This document shows, piece by piece, positions 26,654 to 32,000 of a DNA stretch of 32,000 bases (the stretch's first letter is position 1; each line of letters starts with the position of its first letter). A program made the translations under genes and the position numbers. The notes below the pieces were generated by a model. It had not been told where the DNA came from. It saw nothing but the letters and a program-made list of their open reading frames with translations, and searched no databases. The DNA comes from Promethearchaeum syntrophicum (GTDB lineage Archaea; Asgardarchaeota; Lokiarchaeia; Sigyniarchaeales; Promethearchaeaceae): positions 1,920,001-1,952,000 of the forward strand of contig NZ_CP042905.2 of assembly GCF_008000775.2 (NCBI RefSeq), given 5' to 3'.

Positions 26654-28012
26654 TTATTTCATTTTAGCAATTAATTCATCAAGCATTGATTCGATTGAAG
26701 GAGTTCCAATTGCCTCAATATCATAGTCAATTCTTACAATTGGTTTATTGCATTTAATTAATTTTCCTAAATCAATTGGACTTCCATCGATTACAACCTC
26801 TGCAGGAACTGCGTTAATTGTATCTTCCATATCTTTGATTTGTTCATCATTATATCCCATAGCAGGAACAATATCGTCTAATTGTGGAAATTCTTCAAAT
26901 ACTTTCTTCATTCCGCCTTTTAAATATGGTTTAGGATCCACGACAATGCCATTATTTTCGCGTGCTGCAATCATTCCCGCACCGTAAGCCATCATACCAT
27001 GTGTTAATGTAGGACCATCTTCAACCACTAAAACTTTTTTGCCATTAATCATTCCTTCTTTTCCTGCTTCAACAGTTACTAAAGAATTGGTTCTGATTAC
27101 TGCTGCATTTGGGTTTAAGATTTTCATATTATCCTCAACTACTTTTACATCCTCTGGTTTTGCGCTGTTTAATTTATTTAATACAAAAGCATGGCACATT
27201 CTAGCATTTACTTCTCCAGGATGAAATTCTACTTCATGACCTGGTCGTAATGGATCTACTACTGTAAACATCAAATCAGGAACATAAAATGAGACTTCGT
27301 TGTTTCCACCGTCAAAAACTATAATATCTGCTTCTTTTTCAGCTTCTTCGATTATTTTTTGGTAATCAACACCAGAATAAATAACGAGGCCTTGTTCAAT
27401 GTAAGGTTCATATTCTTCACGTTCTTCTATAGTACATTTATATTTGTCTAAATCACTATATTCTGCGAATCTCATGCAAGTTTGTTCAATTAAATCACCA
27501 TAAGGCATAGGTTCTCTTATTGCAACTACTTTAAACCCTTTTTTAACTAAATATCTATAAACCGCCCGAGAAACTTGGGATTTTCCACAACCTGTTCGGA
27601 CTGCTGTAATAGCAACAACTGGCTTATTTGATTTTATTTGTGTGTATTTAGGGCTGATAATTCGATAATTCGCACCATAGGAAAGAGCCCTGGATCCTTT
27701 ATGCATTACTTCTTGATGTGGAACATCTGAGTAAGCAAAAACTACTTCATCGATTTCATTATCTTTAATGAATGCTTCCATTCTTGGTTCAATAATCATT
27801 GGAATACCATTTGGATATAATTTACCCGCTAATTCTGGAGGATATTTTCTTTCTTGTTCTTCTAAAGTACCAACATTCTGTTCGCCAGCAATTGTAAAAG
27901 CACAAACTTCATATTCTTCATTGTCACGAAAAACCGTGTTAAAACAATGAAAGTCAAAACCAAGGGCTCCAATTATTACAACTTTTTTTTTTGCCATTTT
28001 TTTCATTCTCAA
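26654..28012 (-). CDS. cyclic 2,3-diphosphoglycerate synthetase-like P-loop protein
   Basis: KKVVIIGALGFDFHCFNTVFRDN; PVVAITAVRTGCGKSQVSRAVYRYLVKKG (P-loop); DIIVFDGGNNEVSFYVPDL; TLTHGMMAYGAG. Start may be the internal MAKKK. Confidence 0.75.
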   Translation of the reverse strand: MRMKKMAKKKVVIIGALGFDFHCFNTVFRDNEEYEVCAFTIAGEQNVGTLEEQERKYPPELAGKLYPNGIPMIIEPRMEAFIKDNEIDEVVFAYSDVPHQEVMHKGSRALSYGANYRIISPKYTQIKSNKPVVAITAVRTGCGKSQVSRAVYRYLVKKGFKVVAIREPMPYGDLIEQTCMRFAEYSDLDKYKCTIEEREEYEPYIEQGLVIYSGVDYQKIIEEAEKEADIIVFDGGNNEVSFYVPDLMFTVVDPLRPGHEVEFHPGEVNARMCHAFVLNKLNSAKPEDVKVVEDNMKILNPNAAVIRTNSLVTVEAGKEGMINGKKVLVVEDGPTLTHGMMAYGAGMIAARENNGIVVDPKPYLKGGMKKVFEEFPQLDDIVPAMGYNDEQIKDMEDTINAVPAEVVIDGSPIDLGKLIKCNKPIVRIDYDIEAIGTPSIESMLDELIAKMK

Positions 28013-28471
28013 AATTTTTTTATGTTTAGTTATGATATGTAAATAAAAATGACTCTTCTGGGGTAATTCTTAACGATTTACCCACTTAGAGGAAATCTAT
28101 GGACTTTTCAGCAATCGGTTATAACAATTTTCAAAAAAATTGATAAGACCAGATGATGATTTAAATCCACACTTCTAAACTTTTAACCTATGTTCCTACA
28201 TATCCGCATATATTTAAAATTTCGGGTCAAAATTCAAAAAGTCTAAACATTCCTATAATTATGTTAGAGATTTGCATGTTTCCTATATTTATTTTCGGCT
28301 TTTTTCCGATTATATAGTAAAAAATGTTATTTTATAATTGTTTCTCCGCTATGGAATCCAATTCTCTTTTTAAATTATCATCAATGTGTTTTAATCGGGC
28401 TCGCTCTGCAATTTTTTTTGCTATGTTTTTTGGTTCTTCAAACAAAAATTATTAACTGACTTAATTTCTAT

Positions 28472-29821
28472 TTAATAAATATAATTGTTTGATTTTTTCT
28501 TCAATTTTGCGATAAAAAATCCATTGGTATTGTGGATTGTTGGAAAGAATCTTCCAGCACCAAGAAGAGAAGAATTATTAATTTTATAACAAGGTGAAAT
28601 CCAAGATGGGAGTTTTTCTATTTCAAATTTGTCAAGAATTTTATTTATATGGAGTTCTCCTTCTTCTGGATAGAAACTGCAGGTTGAATATAAAAGAATT
28701 CCACCTGGTTTTAATATATAATAGGCTCTTTCAATCAATTTTTCTTGCAGGAACACATTCTGATTTAAGAATTTTAGATTTTGTCTCCATTTTAATTCTG
28801 GATGAGTTGAAAAAGTACCACTACCTGTGCATGGGGCATCTAGAAGAATTTTATCAAATTGAACTCCATCAATCTCTCTGATTGGTGGGTGTATTCCATC
28901 TCCATGTATAAGATGATAGTTTTCAGATGGTATTTTTTGCATCATTGGTCTTATTTGTTTTAATCGAGTTAAGTTAAAATCTACTGCAACAATATTTGCT
29001 CTATTTTTGGAGATTTGTGCAATGAGTCTAGTTTTCATTCCGGGAGCAGCACATAAATCACAAATTTTTTCATTTTCTTGCGGATTCATTAAATAAACAC
29101 TCGCAATTGATGATTTATCTTGAATAATGAATTTATTTTCTTGATAAAATTTAGAAGCAATTATTTTTGCCTTATGTTTTAATGGTATATGAATGGTCTT
29201 TGGAATATCCTCATCCTTTATGAAATTTAAATGGCGAAATTTATTTTCAAAATCAATTAATTCATCTTCTGATTGCAATCTGATTGTAAAATTTCCTATC
29301 CGGGCTTGAACATCCATTTTTTCTGAATTCGATTGGATTTCATTAAGATTCATGACGGGAAGAAGTTTTTGAATAAAAAATGTAGGAATCGCATCTTGAA
29401 TACTCAACTTCTCGATTTTGGTTTTTCCTTTTAGGGCATATTCCCATTTAAAATTGGATAATCTTTCATAAAACTGCTTGAATAAATGAATTTGATCCTT
29501 TTTTAAAGATAATGGAAATGATTCATTCTTAATTTTATCCCAACTTTTTTTTTCCCAAAAAAAAGCATATACCGCATAAAAAAGCAGATTTTCATGAATT
29601 ATCCTTTGTGTCTTATCAATTTTCATGGAACGAAGTGTTTTATTTAATATAAATTGAATTTTGTTCTTGTACCGAATAATTTCCATTAAATAATGCTTTG
29701 TATATGTGTCATTTTTATATGTAGGTAATAGTATTTGATGATCTAAATATTTCTGGATAATTTCTAGTAAAATTGGAATACCTTGAGATGACTCGCTTTC
29801 AAGTTTTTTTGAGGCATTCAT
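28472..29821 (-). CDS. RsmB/NSUN-family RNA m5C methyltransferase
   Basis: ICDLCAAPGMKTRLIAQ (SAM motif), FDKILLDAPCTGSGTFSTHPELKW, GGILLYSTCSFYPEEGE; both catalytic-type cysteines present. NusB-like helical N-terminus. Confidence 0.93.
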   Translation of the reverse strand: MNASKKLESESSQGIPILLEIIQKYLDHQILLPTYKNDTYTKHYLMEIIRYKNKIQFILNKTLRSMKIDKTQRIIHENLLFYAVYAFFWEKKSWDKIKNESFPLSLKKDQIHLFKQFYERLSNFKWEYALKGKTKIEKLSIQDAIPTFFIQKLLPVMNLNEIQSNSEKMDVQARIGNFTIRLQSEDELIDFENKFRHLNFIKDEDIPKTIHIPLKHKAKIIASKFYQENKFIIQDKSSIASVYLMNPQENEKICDLCAAPGMKTRLIAQISKNRANIVAVDFNLTRLKQIRPMMQKIPSENYHLIHGDGIHPPIREIDGVQFDKILLDAPCTGSGTFSTHPELKWRQNLKFLNQNVFLQEKLIERAYYILKPGGILLYSTCSFYPEEGELHINKILDKFEIEKLPSWISPCYKINNSSLLGAGRFFPTIHNTNGFFIAKLKKKSNNYIY

Positions 29822-29839
29822 TATTATTCCTCAATACTT

Positions 29840-30946
29840 TTATTTAAACTTTAAATCAAAGAGTTGCTTGCATTTATAACACTTTCTTGAACTGGAAGGT
29901 AATTTTTTACCACAATTTGGGCAATTGAAGTGCTTTTGGTTTTTTTCAATTTCAATAATTATTATATTTTTATTTTTATCTTTAAATTTGGAATCGAATT
30001 TCCTTTTAGGAGTTGGGGAGCCTAGTTTTCCATCTCTAATTTGTACGAACGCTACTGTGTAAATTACTGGCACAAGGAAAAAGAGAATACTTTGCGTAAA
30101 AAGAATCGTAAAATTGTATATATATAGCATTCCTAAATTACGAGTAGTGGGATTAATCCAAGTTTCGTAATTATTTTCTGTCAATCCTATTAATTCCATA
30201 AAGGGTACTTGAAATAAATATTGAATTAACATTGGAATAAAAATTGAAATTGTTAGAATTATAATTAATTTTGCAAAAAACCCTTTAACATAAAATAAAC
30301 CTCCTCTAATGGTTTCCATTCCTTCTTTTTCATCAATAATTAAGGAATGAATTGAAAATATTCCAGAATAAATTACCAAGATTCCAGGAATAATAAAGAT
30401 ACTAAAACCTGTTGAAATTAAAACTGAACCAAAGATTATTATAAATGCTGATGTCAATGCCCTTTTTCCAGAATTGAATGGTTTTGAAATCGATTTAATC
30501 CAAGTTGAAGGCGCATCCTCATCTTCATAATACAAAGAATATATTTTACCGATTGATATCATTAATAGGGGAAGAAGAATAAAGAATAACAAACTTCCTT
30601 CCGCTATATTTGTAATTAAGAAAAGTGTCGGGTAATTTCTATATATTGTATTCAATTCATCCGAAAGAACATAATCCGGATCTTCACTTAGCAAATCTAC
30701 TATTTCTTTATACTCGTTGCCCATTTCAAGAATAGTTGATTTTGCTCCAGTCAAAATTAGTAAGTTTAATCCTGCAATTATAAGTGTGAGAAGAAAAATG
30801 AAAATTAGGGTTGGAAATATCGTTTTCTTCAACAATTTTAAGGAATCTAAGAAAATTGTGCCTAAAGAAAGATCAAATTTTTTCTCTGAAAGGGTTAAAT
30901 CTACATCTATTTTATTTTCCGACATCATAATACCAGAATTTTCCAC
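29840..30946 (-). CDS. multi-pass membrane protein with C-terminal zinc ribbon
   Basis: Several hydrophobic helices; C-terminus FNCPNCGKKLPSSSRKCYKCKQLF-type double CxxC (HFNCPNCGKK...CYKCKQ). Confidence 0.75.
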   Translation of the reverse strand: MENSGIMMSENKIDVDLTLSEKKFDLSLGTIFLDSLKLLKKTIFPTLIFIFLLTLIIAGLNLLILTGAKSTILEMGNEYKEIVDLLSEDPDYVLSDELNTIYRNYPTLFLITNIAEGSLLFFILLPLLMISIGKIYSLYYEDEDAPSTWIKSISKPFNSGKRALTSAFIIIFGSVLISTGFSIFIIPGILVIYSGIFSIHSLIIDEKEGMETIRGGLFYVKGFFAKLIIILTISIFIPMLIQYLFQVPFMELIGLTENNYETWINPTTRNLGMLYIYNFTILFTQSILFFLVPVIYTVAFVQIRDGKLGSPTPKRKFDSKFKDKNKNIIIIEIEKNQKHFNCPNCGKKLPSSSRKCYKCKQLFDLKFK

Positions 30947-30995
30947 AAATAAAAAAATTTTTTAATAATATAAAAGAAAGATACAAGAGAATGCG

Positions 30996-31790
30996 ATGAA
31001 AGTCGGGTATATCCAGTTAAAAACTCATTTTGGTGAAAAACAAAAAAATTTTAATAAAGTTGCAGATTTGCTGAAAGATGTTGATGATGCAGATATTGTC
31101 GTACTTCCGGAACTTTTTGCTACAGGATATACATTTAAATCTATAGAAGAAGTTCAAAGCTTATCCGAATCTAAAGATGGAGAAACTTCTAAATTTTTAC
31201 AGAAGATGGCAAAAAGAACCAATGCTGTATTTATTGGGGGATTTGTTGAAAAATTTGAAAACAAATTATTTAATTCTGCAATGATGGTTTCAAAAGAAGA
31301 AGTTATTGATATCTATCGGAAGCTCCATTTGTTTAACAAAGAAAAAAAATGGTTTTCACCTGGAAACACGAAATTAACTGTAAACAACATCAAAGGTACT
31401 AAAGTAGGAATGATGATATGCTTTGACTGGACTTTTCCTGAAGTAACTAGGACCCTCTCATTATTAGGTGCTGAAATTATTGCTCATCCCGCTAATTTAG
31501 TATTGCCCTATTGTCAAAATGCGATGAAAACGCGATGTTTTTGCAACAGACTTTATGCAATAACTGCTAACAGAATCGGTGTTGAACAACGTGGTGAAGA
31601 TTCTTTTGAATTCACTGGAAGAAGCCAAATTACATCATATAGCGGTGAAATTCTATCTTCGGCACCCTCTGATGCAGAGTTCGTTGACATTGTAGAAATA
31701 TTTCCAAAAAAAACCCGAAATAAAAATATAAATCAATTTAATAATGTTCATGAAGATAGAAGAGAAAAATTTTATTGGAATAATTTGTAA
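30996..31790 (+). CDS. nitrilase-superfamily carbon-nitrogen hydrolase (omega-amidase-like)
   Basis: ADIVVLPELFATGY (Glu), IYRKLHLFNKEKKWF (Lys), VGMMICFDWTFPEVTRTLSLLGAEIIAHPANLVLP (Cys). Confidence 0.93.
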   Translation: MKVGYIQLKTHFGEKQKNFNKVADLLKDVDDADIVVLPELFATGYTFKSIEEVQSLSESKDGETSKFLQKMAKRTNAVFIGGFVEKFENKLFNSAMMVSKEEVIDIYRKLHLFNKEKKWFSPGNTKLTVNNIKGTKVGMMICFDWTFPEVTRTLSLLGAEIIAHPANLVLPYCQNAMKTRCFCNRLYAITANRIGVEQRGEDSFEFTGRSQITSYSGEILSSAPSDAEFVDIVEIFPKKTRNKNINQFNNVHEDRREKFYWNNL

Positions 31791-31811
31791 AATTAAGAAG
31801 GTAATACGTTT

Positions 31812-32000
31812 ATGAATACCCAAGATAAAAATGGAATTAAAACTAAAATTAATGAAGACACAAATAATATAACTTTTAAAAGAAATTCTCAGATGTTTGA
31901 ATTAAAAAATACAAATGATTTTCTAACATTTTCATTATTTGATAACGGTATATCATTAAAAGATGGTACAAGCGCTCTTCTAATCCGTGAAGGAAAAAAA
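31812..32000 (+). CDS. 5' end of an ORF that continues past the window
   Basis: ATG at 31812, open for 63 codons to the window end: MNTQDKNGIKTKINEDTNNITFKRNSQMFELKNTNDFLTFSLFDNGISLKDGTSALLIREGKK. Confidence 0.5.
   Translation, partial: MNTQDKNGIKTKINEDTNNITFKRNSQMFELKNTNDFLTFSLFDNGISLKDGTSALLIREGKK

Overview
AT-rich archaeal window. The gene content points to an Asgard-type archaeon (inference): three Rag/Gtr-like GTPases with C-terminal roadblock-like regions, a longin-like/winged-helix protein, an L13e-like protein, an archaeosortase-like protein and FAU-1. About 23 ORFs look real. Left part: L13e-like/HhH protein, longin-wHTH protein, secreted transglutaminase-like protein, Rag-like GTPase, PD-(D/E)XK nuclease-like protein, second Rag-like GTPase. 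Middle (about 7.2-11.5 kb): accessory-looking segment with two orphan minus-strand ORFs, an in-frame 30-bp minisatellite, a roughly 0.9-kb non-coding block bounded by imperfect inverted repeats and holding a ~93-bp-period degenerate array, and a seven-blade beta-propeller protein with exact 153-bp periodicity but no signal peptide. Then: Zn-finger/SCP2-like protein, GDPD-fold protein missing catalytic residues, LOG-family and AIR-synthase-like pair, a third Rag-like GTPase with a degraded switch II, archaeosortase, FAU-1, HhH-MutS-like ATPase, M42 peptidase. Right part: minus-strand gene set for a cyclic-2,3-diphosphoglycerate-synthetase-like P-loop protein, ornithine carbamoyltransferase, carbamate kinase, ornithine aminotransferase and a flavodoxin, then an RsmB/NSUN methyltransferase, a membrane zinc-ribbon protein and a nitrilase-family hydrolase. 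Best candidates for something new: the longin + Rag-like + roadblock GTPase set including a probable hydrolysis-deficient paralogue, and the inverted-repeat-bounded repeat block. No tRNA, rRNA or CRISPR array was recognised. All assignments are by eye from motifs.
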